A stretch of 62,889 bases of DNA, counting the filler, from Octopus bimaculoides (Eukaryota): assembly GCF_001194135.2 (NCBI RefSeq). It is 4 parts of 3 records of this genome, joined end to end, with 100 filler letters (N's around TTAATTAATTAA, not from the genome) between each part and the next. Parts side by side here need not be neighbours in the genome. Positions count along the whole stretch, not along the records: positions 30,288 to 53,072 come from NC_068984.1; positions 53,173 to 60,604 come from NC_069010.1; positions 60,705 to 62,889 come from NW_026309205.1; 1 more part is not named here. One strand, 5' to 3'. Position 1 is the stretch's first letter; each line of letters begins with the position of its first letter. Positions 52,105 to 62,889 of the stretch are shown here, in pieces. The notes under the pieces are model-generated. The model was given only the letters and a program-made list of their open reading frames with translations, was not told the origin of the DNA and made no database searches. Made by a program: the position numbers and the translations under genes.

Positions 52105-53072
52105 TTTCGCAGTCGTTCTCGCCGCAGTTTCTCTCAGCCGGTCTGTGATCAGTAGTGACATGTGCTTGTTTAATTAAAAGTATAAACAGCAATGGCGTTA
52201 ATTACACAAGTTAATCACCACCGGCCAATTTAACTCAAGTTGTAACAAGACACCATTTACAAACCTTATTCATCTAACAATTACCGCCATATTGGTATTT
52301 AGTGAACTAGTTTTCGACAGTTTCACATAGTATTTACTTTTATCCAAACCAACAGACATCTTAATAAGCATACACAGACACATACACACATGCACACATA
52401 CACACATACACATATAATACATACATATACATGCATACATACACACATACATATATAATACATACATATACATGCATACATACACACATACATATATAAT
52501 ATATACATATACATGCATACATACATACATACATACATACATACATACATACATACATACAATAAGTTGTTTGTTTGCATACAAAGAACGGAAGCATTAC
52601 GTTCATTGAAACTTGCCGCAACGCGGGTTTCCGAAATACGAAGCGTACTTTCCGGTTGATTTATGTTTTCATTAACTTTTATGTAACATGGAAGTTAAAC
52701 AGCAGAATAGGTTTCGCATTTCGAAACTCATGTACGCCAAGATTTTCAGGGCTGCAACTGATCCGTAGCGCGCGCGCTTTGTCTAACTACTCTAAGAATT
52801 ACAAGAAGAGTACATGTGTCTGTGGCATACTCAAGCACTTGTGCGATAGTACAATACACAGGTAGTCCAGCAGTCGGCTGGAATATTCATCATTGAAACC
52901 AACGGTGGTAACAAGCTTGCTTCCCAACCACATGGTTCCGGGTTCACTCACACTGCGTGGCACCTTGGGCAAGTGTCTTCTACTATAGCTTCGGGCCGAC
53001 TACAGCTTTGTGAATAGAATTGGTAGACGGAAACTGAAAGAAGCTTGTATATATATATATATATATATATAT

Positions 53073-53172
53073 NNNNNNNNNNNNNNNNNNNNNNNNNNNN
53101 NNNNNNNNNNNNNNNNTTAATTAATTAANNNNNNNNNNNNNNNNNNNNNNNNNNNNNNNNNNNNNNNNNNNN
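53073..53172. other. Artificial 100-bp contig spacer
   Basis: N44-TTAATTAATTAA-N44. Confidence 0.95.
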
Positions 53173-53894
53173 TATATATATACGACGAAGGGTTATATTC
53201 TTTATGTTGCATGTCTCGTTTCTCTGGTTTTTTTTCGTTGTTCGAAAAAAGTTCGTTTTCTGTTTTCGTTTTTCATTGTGTAAATTTCTTTCTTTTTTGA
53301 TGTCCTGTACCCATATATGCATGTATTTTATTTATTTATTTATGTGTTTCAGCCAAGTGGCTGCGGTCATGCTGGTGCACCACCGTGAAGTATACATATA
53401 CATGTAAGTATGTACATATATGTATGGATATATATGCATATATCTATATATTATTTATATTATTATATGATCGAACGCCTCGCATCTTTTTCCAAGTAAG
53501 TTTTATCTTATATACCGTAAATCTTCGAGTATAGTCCGCCCTTGTGTATAATACGCAGGGGATTTTTGGGGGGCTGTACCTCTGAAAAACCTAAACCTTG
53601 TGTATAATACACACCCCTTCTCTACCTTGAGTCAAGGAGGGCTATATAACGTCCTTGGTTTCTAAACGTATATACGGTAACGTCCTTTATTATTACTGTA
53701 TATATAACATAATGCAAACGTGTAGCTTTTTTGTGCACTTTGTTTGCAGAAGCCACATCAGACGCCATGAAAGTGCTAAGGTGTAGGTGCAGGAGTTGGT
53801 CAAACTCTGTGTAAGGAGTAGACAACCACCATATATGTATATATATATATATATAAATTGTATATATATATGTGTGTATATATATATATATATA

Positions 53895-54116
53895 TCGTCG
53901 TCGTCGTCGTTTAACGTCCGCTTTCCATGCTAGCATGGGTTGGACGATTTGACTGAGGACTGGTGAAACCGGATGGCAACACCAGGCTCCAATCTAAATT
54001 TGGCAGAGTTTCTACAGCTGGATGCCCTTCCTAACGCCAACCACTCAGAGAGTGTAGTGGGTGCTTTTACATGTCACCTGCACGAAGGCCAGTCACGCGA
54101 TACTGGCAACGGCCAC
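53895..54116 (-). mobile_element. RTE-type 3'-end element (young copy, cut by gap)
   Basis: Nearly identical to 56478-56700. Confidence 0.85.
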
Positions 54117-54654
54117 NNNNNNNNNNNNNNNNNNNNNNNNNNNNNNNNNNNNNNNNNNNNNNNNNNNNNNNNNNNNNNNNNNNNNNNNNNNNNNNNNNNN
54201 NNNNNNNNNNNNNNNNNNNNNNNNNNNNNNNNNNNNNNNNNNNNNNNNNNNNNNNNNNNNNNNNNNNNNNNNNNNNNNNNNNNNNNNNNNNNNNNNNNNN
54301 NNNNNNNNNNNNNNNNNNNNNNNNNNNNNNNNNNNNNNNNNNNNNNNNNNNNNNNNNNNNNNNNNNNNNNNNNNNNNNNNNNNNNNNNNNNNNNNNNNNN
54401 NNNNNNNNNNNNNNNNNNNNNNNNNNNNNNNNNNNNNNNNNNNNNNNNNNNNNNNNNNNNNNNNNNNNNNNNNNNNNNNNNNNNNNNNNNNNNNNNNNNN
54501 NNNNNNNNNNNNNNNNNNNNNNNNNNNNNNNNNNNNNNNNNNNNNNNNNNNNNNNNNNNNNNNNNNNNNNNNNNNNNNNNNNNNNNNNNNNNNNNNNNNN
54601 NNNNNNNNNNNNNNNNNNNNNNNNNNNNNNNNNNNNNNNNNNNNNNNNNNNNNT

Positions 54655-54685
<31 letters not shown>

Positions 54686-54787
54686 TCATCAAAGCATTGT
54701 CCCAGCATGGCCACAGTCAAATGAATGAAACAAGTAAAAGATTATGAGATATATAAAGAACAGAAAAGGAAAAAGACACCAAAATTG

Positions 54788-54836
<49 letters not shown>

Positions 54837-55419
54837 AAGAGATAGTGAGTGGAAGAAAGAGACAGAGGGAGGGGAAGTAAAAGAGAGAGAGAGAGACAGT
54901 GGAAAGGAGTAAGACTGACAGACAAGGAGAGAGAGAGAGAGAGAGAAAGAGAAAGAGGCATATCAATGACGTGTGCACCACAAGCAAAGACTAAAGGGCA
55001 GTCTTTGCATCATGACAGAAATGGCAGATGATATGCAGATGTTTCCTATGGCTTGCTGACTCCTTATTAAATATTTCATGAGATGGTTTGGTTGTTGATG
55101 ACATTTGTAAAGATTAAGTTTGGATGTTTAACGGCAGACGAAGGTGCATGGCTCAGTGGTTAGAGCATCAAGCTCACAACCACGAGGCCGAGTGTTCGAT
55201 TCCAAGATAACATTGGTGAGCACAGAGAGGTGAGACTGTTATGCATGGCCGACTGCTGGTCTTCTATAAATAACCTTGCCTGCACTTGTGCCTTGGAAGG
55301 TAACTTTCTAGGTGTAGGTGCAATCCCATGGTCATTCATGACCGAAAGGGGGCCTTTCCACACATAGATACGTTTAGCCACAGACACACATATGCAGTGT
55401 AGACATATACATAGACATG

Positions 55420-55598
55420 TTGTTGTTGTTGTTGTTGTTGGCACTCCGTCGCTTACGACGTCGAGGGTTCCAGTTGATCTGATCAACGGAACAGCCTGCT
55501 CGTGAAATTAACGTGCAAGTGGCTGAACACTCCACAGACACGTGTTCCCTTAACGTAGCTCTCGGGGGGATATTCAGCGTGACACAGTGTGACAAGGC
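55420..55598 (-). mobile_element. 3' half of SINE family B fused to a family A fragment
   Basis: (gtt)n-ggcactccgtcgcttacgacgtcg...gtgacaaggct continues directly into ttggtcagcctgaggctatagtagacgacacttgcccaagg. Confidence 0.8.
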
Positions 55599-56477
55599 TT
55601 TGGTCAGCCTGAGGCTATAGTAGACGACACTTGCCCAAGGTGCCACGCAGTGAGACTGAACCCGGAACCATATGGTTGGGAAGCAAGCTTCTTACCACAT
55701 AGCCATGCCAGCGCCTGTGTATATAACGATATAAAGTAATTTACTTCTGCATGCATAAAATAATATGTCCTTTTACTTTGAGAAAGAGTGCATGTGTCAT
55801 TTTAATAAGCTGTAAGTCAGCAATGGTTTAGCGTGTGAGTAAGTTTGTACTCATTCATTTGATGTCTGCCTGTCATTTCCTCCGCTTTCCTCATTCAAGA
55901 ATGAATTGTAAGATGTGATGTGGAAAATTGAATTTCGAGCTGGGATTAAGTCTTTCTAATTGGAACATAAAAAACACCATCAAGAATATTAGGAATTCAA
56001 TAAATAGATAAACGAAGAAACAAACCATGTCGTGTCAAACGAGCAGATTATGGATTCAAATTCGATGAGTTGTCCGATCACCGTTATGTGTTCAATGAAA
56101 TAACTAAGGATTGCACGCAAGCTACCGTGCTATAATAATGAATATCAATGCTGGAAGGATATTGTATACAATATTGTCATTCATTACTCTGGATCTTGAG
56201 GTGACCATATTTTACATGCAAAGACCATAAATCAAATTGCGATAACTTCAGAAAGTTCAGGAAACAAAAGAATCCAACCATATTCTACACTTAAAGACCA
56301 TAAGTAAAAATTTCAATCATTTAAGTGGCAGAATTATTATTATCATCATCATCATCATCGTCGTCATCATCATCATTTAACATCCACTCTCCCTGCTGAC
56401 ATGGGTTAGATGGTTTGACTGGAGCTGATGAGCCGGAGAGCTGCACCACAACAAACAAGATCATCATCAATCGTCAT

Positions 56478-56740
56478 CATCGTTTAACGTCCGCTTTCCA
56501 TGCTAGCAAGGGTTGGACGATTTGACTGAGGACTGGTGAAACCGGATGGCTACCCCAGGGTCCAATCTGATTTGGCAGAGTTTCTACAGCTGGATGCCCT
56601 TCCTAATGCCAACCACTCCGAGAGTGTAGTGGGTGCTTTTACGTGTCACCCGCACGAAGACCAGTCAGGCAGTACTGGCAACGGCCACGCTCAAAATGGT
56701 GTATTTTACATGCCAACTGCACAGGAGCCAGTCCAGCGAC
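56478..56740 (-). mobile_element. RTE-type 3'-end element (young copy)
   Basis: catcatcgtttaacgtccgctttccatgctagc...ggatgcccttcctaatgccaaccactccgagag. Confidence 0.85.
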
Positions 56741-57540
56741 AAATAAATATGCGTCAAATGTAAATATTGTCAGTAATTATATGGTTTAGATGCAAGCTTT
56801 TCAACTGCACAACCTTGCACCAAAAGGTATAAAATGATGTACCATGTTTTACTTCTTCACACAAAAGAATAATGGGATCCTTCATTTGATGGTTTATACA
56901 AAGCATTTTATTTTGATAAGCTGCAAGTGAGTGAATACGCCTGTATTCATATTTATTTAATGCCTGATAGCTATTTCTTTGGCTTCACTCTTTCAAGAAC
57001 GAATTGTAGGATGTGACGTGTAAAATTGAATTTTGAGCTTGAATTATCCTTTTCTAATGGGAACGTAAGAAAACCATTGTGGATATTAGGAATTTGATAA
57101 GTAAATAAATCCATAATCTGTCAAAGGAAATAGGTAACTGATTCAAATTTGCTGTTATGTGTTCAACACTGTAGTGGAATGATTCTGACTTCCCTCGCCG
57201 CCAAGTGACTAAAGGTGGGCTGACTAAACAAATAAAGAACTGTGAGTGATTGGCAGTTTGGATTGGTAAGCAGTTCACTGTAAGCTATTGAGTGAGTGAG
57301 AGCATTGGTTCTTGGGTAAAAGTAATTGCATTGTGTCGTGTAAATATTTCTTTCCCCTCTGCTTCATTAAATTATATGCCCAACACCAGAATACAAAAAA
57401 ATACAATACGCAAGGATTAACACAGAAAAGCCAAACTTGATATATCAATGGATATCAATGATGTAGGATACGGTTTAGGAAGACTTCAGAATTATGGATG
57501 AACAATAGAATGCACCAGCAAAGTTGAGATTACCATAGTT

Positions 57541-57697
57541 TGAGTGGCTGTGTGGTAAGTAGCTTGCTTACCAACCTCATGGTTCTGGGTTCAGTCCCAC
57601 TGCGTGGCACCTTGTGCAAGTGTCTTCTACTATAGCCTCGGGCCAACCAAAACCTTGTGAGTGGATTTGGTAGACGGAAACTGAAAGAAGCCCGTCG

Positions 57698-57745
<48 letters not shown>

Positions 57746-57958
57746 CTTGTGTGTCTGTGTTTGTCACCCCAACATCGCTTGACAACCGGTGCTGGTGTGT
57801 TTACGTCCCCGTAACTTAGCGGTTCGGCAAAAGAGATCGATAGAATAAGTACTAGGCTTACAAAAGAATAAGTCCTGGGGTCGATTTGCTCGACTAAAGG
57901 CGGTGCTCCAGCATGGCCGCAGTCAAATGACTGAAACAAGTAAAAGAGTAAAAGAGAG
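57541..57958 (+). mobile_element. SINE family A, near full length
   Basis: gagtggctgtgtggtaagtagc...gggttcagtccc...gactgaaacaagtaaaagagtaaaagag. Confidence 0.92.
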
Positions 57959-59289
57959 TATAAAGATCATAAGTTAGATTCAAGTCAGTAAATTGGCAGA
58001 ATTGGTTGAACATTGAACAATATGTAGCTTGGTATTTCATTCAAATTCCTGTGCTCTGAGGGATACTGTGTAGAATAAACTCAGAGCTCCAGATAAACTA
58101 GATATCCAACCAGCGAACTTGAGACAACCTTATTTTGCATTCAAGAACCATAAATTAGATTTTAATCATTGAACTGGCAAATCGTTAGAGTATTGAAGAA
58201 AATGCTTGTCTTATGGTATTTGTTTTGAATGTCTGCTCTGTGAGTTCAAATTCCACTAGGTTCAACGTCCCTCTTCATTTATTTTTTCCACAGTTAATAA
58301 AAATAGCACACCAATGCAGCACACCAGTTTTTTTTAGAACTGCAAGAGTGTCAGACTTCTTTTGGTTTCTGTCTCCCAAATCCACTCATAAGCGTTTGGT
58401 TTGCCCAGGGTTGTAAGAATAAACACTTGCCCAAGATGTCGTGCAGTGAGACTGGATCCAAAGCCATATGTTTGTGATGCAAGCTTCATAACTGCACAGC
58501 CTTGCATTGAATGCTATTTAATGATATACAATAATTTATTTCACACACAAAATAAAGAATGGGCTGTTTCATTATATAGAGTATTTTACTTTGACAAGCT
58601 GCGAGTCAGCAATGATTTAGCGAATGAATAAGTTTTATTCATATTTATTGGATGCCTGACAGCGATTTCCTCTGCTTCCCTCTTTCAAGAATGAATTACA
58701 GGCTGTGATGTGGAAAATTGAATTTTGAGCTGGGATTAAGCTTTTCTGATGGGAACGTAAAAAGACCATTAAGGATGTTAAGAATTCAATATATAAATGA
58801 ATAAATAAAGAAAGAAAGAAACATATAAATAAAACCATGACCTGCCAAGCAAACTAGGTAATCAATTGAAATTTGATGAGTTGTCCGATCACCGTTACGT
58901 GTTCAATGAAGTAACTAAGGATTACAGGCAAGCTAACCCTGGAATGTTAATGAATATCAATGACGGCAGGATGCTATATACAATATTGTCATTCATTACT
59001 CTGGATGCTGTGGCTATCATATTTCACATGCAAAGACCATAAATTAGATTGAAAAGGCTTCAGAAAGTTGGGTAAACAAAAGAATCCAGCCAATGAAACT
59101 GAGACTCCATAGTTTACACTTAAGGACCATAAGTGAGATGCCAATCATCGAATTGACAGAATCGTTAGATCATTGCACAGAATGCTTTTCTGGATGGCAT
59201 TTGTTTTGAATTTCTGTAGTCTGAGTTCAAATCATAATGAAGTTAACTTCTTTAATTTTTTTTTTTAATCAATTATCATTTTTAACCAT

Positions 59290-59692
59290 AGGCGCAGGAG
59301 TGGCCGTGTGGTAAGTAGTTTGCTTACCAGCCACATGGTTCTGGGTTCAGTCCCACTGCGTGGCACCTTGGGCAAGTGTCTTCTACTATAGCCTCGGGCC
59401 GACCAAAGCCTTGTGAGTGGATTTAGTAGACTGAAACTGAAAGAAGTCCGTCGTATATATGTATGTGTGTGTATATGTTTGTGTGTCTATATTTCCCCAC
59501 CACTACCCACCCAATTTCGCTTGACAACCAATGGTGGTGTGTTTACGTCCTCGTAACTTAGCGGTTCGGCAAAAAGAGATCGATAGAATAAGTACTAGAC
59601 TTACAAAGAATAAGTCCTGGGGTCGATTTGCTCGACTAAAGGCGGTGCTCCAGCATGGCCGCAGTCAAATGACTGAAACAAGTAAAAGAGTA
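59290..59692 (+). mobile_element. SINE family A, full length
   Basis: aggcgcaggagtggccgtgtggtaag head, gggttcagtccc B-box-like motif, ccttgggcaagtgtctt core and gtaaaagagta tail. Confidence 0.93.
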
Positions 59693-60604
59693 TAATATAA
59701 ATAACAAGTGAAATATATTATGATAAAATTTATTTCGCTCCTGGAAATTCTTATTAAATGACAATTGTTTTGCAGCTTAATAAAAGACATATTTGATAGT
59801 TTATTACCTACATTAATATAAACGATCTTTAGATTAATATAGATATTAAGTTAACTCTTCAGGTTAAAAGAAATCCTTGTTAAAAATATCATCTGAACGT
59901 AATTTTCGATAAGAATTTCTTTTAACCTGAAAAGCCGTCTTAATATCCACATTAATGCATATAATAATGTACGTAATTTATTTATATTATATAAATTGAC
60001 AGAAACTAGTGAAAGAATAAAATTTTTTTAAATGGCTGTCTTTCTTTGATAGTTCGACAGTGGCAGTGACAGGTTGGGGGCGGGGGGAGAGGGGGTTATA
60101 TATCATGCTTTGAGGAAAGAAGCCTGTGGTGTATTGAAAGGGTTAGTGTTTGGGACAATAAATATTAAGATATTTCTGTAGGTCATTTAACAAAGCCATA
60201 TCTGTGAAAAGTGGAACACTAAATATGTCTGTTCATATCAATATACACACACACGCCCACGCATATGTATTTATATATATATAAATAATTTTTCTCGTCT
60301 GGCTGTAAAGCCTTTTCTGTTTGTTTTCCTGTCTTGTTTTTTGTCCGCCACTAAGATTTAATTTGCGTATACAAATTTAATCTGCGGTCCATGAGACAAG
60401 CCGTTTTAACGATGCGTCCTGCCCAAGCTCTTCGAAACGCCGGTGTTAAAACGTGGGTAGCTGATGTAGTAGAATGTTCTCTATGTGGCTTGTGTGTTTT
60501 CTCGTCTACGTTTTGTTTGCCATGTCCTGTACCCAGATATGCACCTATACATACAGGTGGATGTCGGTATGCACATACCTGTACGTATATATGCATATAC
60601 TCAT

Positions 60605-60704
60605 NNNNNNNNNNNNNNNNNNNNNNNNNNNNNNNNNNNNNNNNNNNNTTAATTAATTAANNNNNNNNNNNNNNNNNNNNNNNNNNNNNNNNNNNNNNNN
60701 NNNN
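60605..60704. other. Artificial 100-bp contig spacer
   Basis: N44-TTAATTAATTAA-N44. Confidence 0.95.
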
Positions 60705-60779
60705 TATATATATATATATATATGTACACACATTTCTATATATAAATATGTATATATATATATATGTATATATATATAG

Positions 60780-60850
<71 letters not shown>

Positions 60851-61268
60851 CGTGTGTGACATACAAAGACACAGATGATGGAGGGCGGCTGTTGGAGCGC
60901 TTTGACAAACAGCTGAAGTGCAACACACATTCACTTATCCATACACATATACATGTATATGTATATACAAATATATACACACACAAACCTATGCTTACGT
61001 GCATGCGCGCGCGCGCGCGTGCTTGTGTTTGTGCGTCCATGCTTGTCTGTATATATACGAGGCATCAGGCGTTTGACATGAATTAACCAGAATATTCAAA
61101 GCTAGACATATATCAGATATTTCGAAATTCTCAAGGAGAATGGAATCCAAAATTCAGATACATTTGAAGAGTCCTCATGCAAAATCCTCACATGTGCAAA
61201 ATATCGTTCACAAAGCTAGGAAAAATATATGAATGATAGATATGGCTATCTCTCATATATACACATAC

Positions 61269-61316
<48 letters not shown>

Positions 61317-61885
61317 GTATATATATATATACATACATACATATACATATATACATATATATATATATATATNNNNNNNNNNNNNNNNNNNNNNNNNNNN
61401 NNNNNNNNNNNNNNNNNNNNNNNNNNNNNNNNNNNNNNNNNNNNNNNNNNNNNNNNNNNNNNNNNNNNNNNNNNNNNNNNNNNNNNNNNNNNNNNNNNNN
61501 NNNNNNNNNNNNNNNNNNNNNNNNNNNNNNNNNNNNNNNNNNNNNNNNNNNNNNNNNNNNNNNNNNNNNNNNNNNNNNNNNNNNNNNNNNNNNNNNNNNN
61601 NNNNNNNNNNNNNNNNNNNNNNNNNNNNNNNNNNNNNNNNNNNNNNNNNNNNNNNNNNNNNNNNNNNNNNNNNNNNNNNNNNNNNNNNNNNNNNNNNNNN
61701 NNNNNNNNNNNTATATATATATATATATATATATTCATATATATATATGTATATGTGTATATGTATATATCCACACACAGACACACATCTACATGTATGT
61801 GTGTATCTGTGTCTTTCACTGTCACACAGGTCTATCTATCTATCCATCCATCCATCTATCCATCCATCTATCCATCTATCTATCC

Positions 61886-61919
<34 letters not shown>

Positions 61920-61929
61920 TTATTTATAA

Positions 61930-62095
61930 AGGCGCAGGAGTGGCTGAGTGGTAAGCAGCTTGCTTCCCAACCACATGGTTCCGAGTTCAGTCCCACTGCG
62001 TAGCACCTTGGGCCAGTGTTTGCTACTATAGCCTCGGACCGACCAAAGCATTGTGAGCATATTTGGTAGACGGAAACTGAAAGAAGTTCATCGTA
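61930..62095 (+). mobile_element. SINE family A 5' half ending in an expanded (TA)n tract
   Basis: aggcgcaggagtggctgagtggtaagcagc...gacggaaactgaaagaagttcatcgtata, then (TA)n. Confidence 0.85.
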
Positions 62096-62100
62096 TAAAA

Positions 62101-62132
<32 letters not shown>

Positions 62133-62134
62133 GA

Positions 62135-62229
<95 letters not shown>

Positions 62230-62889
62230 CACACATATGCATATAAGAATAAGAACACAAGCGGATTCAAAATATACAACAGCTGTTTCGGGAGCATTTT
62301 ACTGATGCTTTCGTATATTATATCATAGCAAAATTGCGCCATCATCAGGTAAATTCTAAAGTAAGGTAGGAATAGAGGTGGAGTCGTTCACCACCTAATA
62401 TCTACAACACACACACGCACACACGCACACATATATGTAGATAGATACATATATACATAGATACATATATACATAGATACATATATACATATATGTATTT
62501 TTCTCTATATAAATATACATATATATACAAATTTCTATGCAGATATGTGTGTGTGCATGTATGCATGTGTGTATGTATATATATATATATGTATGTGTGT
62601 GTGTCTGTGTGTGTGTGCGTGTATTTATGTATATGTTTGTGTGTCTGCAATGCAATATAAGTGTGTATGTTTGCATATGGAAGGTGATAAAAGTCATATA
62701 TGAATATTTATACACATATATGTAAATATAAATGTATATACATATATATATACACATACATGCACATATATATACTATATATATATACACACATATATAT
62801 ATATGCATATATATTATATATATGTATATATATATTATATATGTATCATATATGTATATACAAACATGTATGTACAAGTATATATATGT

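Larger units (their letters stand above)
55724..59165. repeat. Three diverged direct copies of a ~600-bp non-coding unit (about 55724-56330, 56832-57170, 58519-59165)
   Basis: Shared blocks such as aagctg..agtcagcaatg, ttcaagaatgaatt, tgtgatgtggaaaattgaattt, gatgagttgtccgatcaccgtta.gtgttcaatgaa.taactaaggatt and caatattgtcattcattactctggat; the middle copy is shorter. Confidence 0.85.

Overview
Eukaryotic, repeat-rich draft-assembly DNA, most likely from an octopus (cephalopod mollusc). This is inferred from very dense (CA)n/(TA)n/(ATCT)n and trinucleotide microsatellites, the tRNA-headed SINE families, RTE-clade LINE debris and an animal-type USP exon. Three identical artificial 100-bp spacers (N44-TTAATTAATTAA-N44 at 30188, 53073 and 60605) split the window into four pieces whose real adjacency is unproven. 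Two protein-coding segments are recognisable: the first coding exon of a universal stress protein gene (2314-2386, +) and the intron-free 3' part of a RAD6/UBE2A-B ubiquitin-conjugating enzyme (40000-40272, +). The RAD6 gene has a housekeeping-type promoter and a probable 5'UTR intron. Splice signals and a CpG-decay footprint suggest a further unidentified minus-strand gene at about 41-52 kb, and there is an ambiguous first exon at 33.7 kb. The rest is SINEs (several with TSDs), decayed RTE, mariner, piggyBac, hAT and pogo-like fragments, MITEs, a 65-bp minisatellite and a triplicated ~600-bp unit. The most unusual signal is a set of minimal type-I hammerhead ribozyme motifs of the Penelope-associated kind; one sits inside a TSD-flanked tRNA-headed SINE. 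Most ORFs in the supplied track are microsatellite or N-gap artefacts. No database search was run, so family assignments come from motif recognition only.
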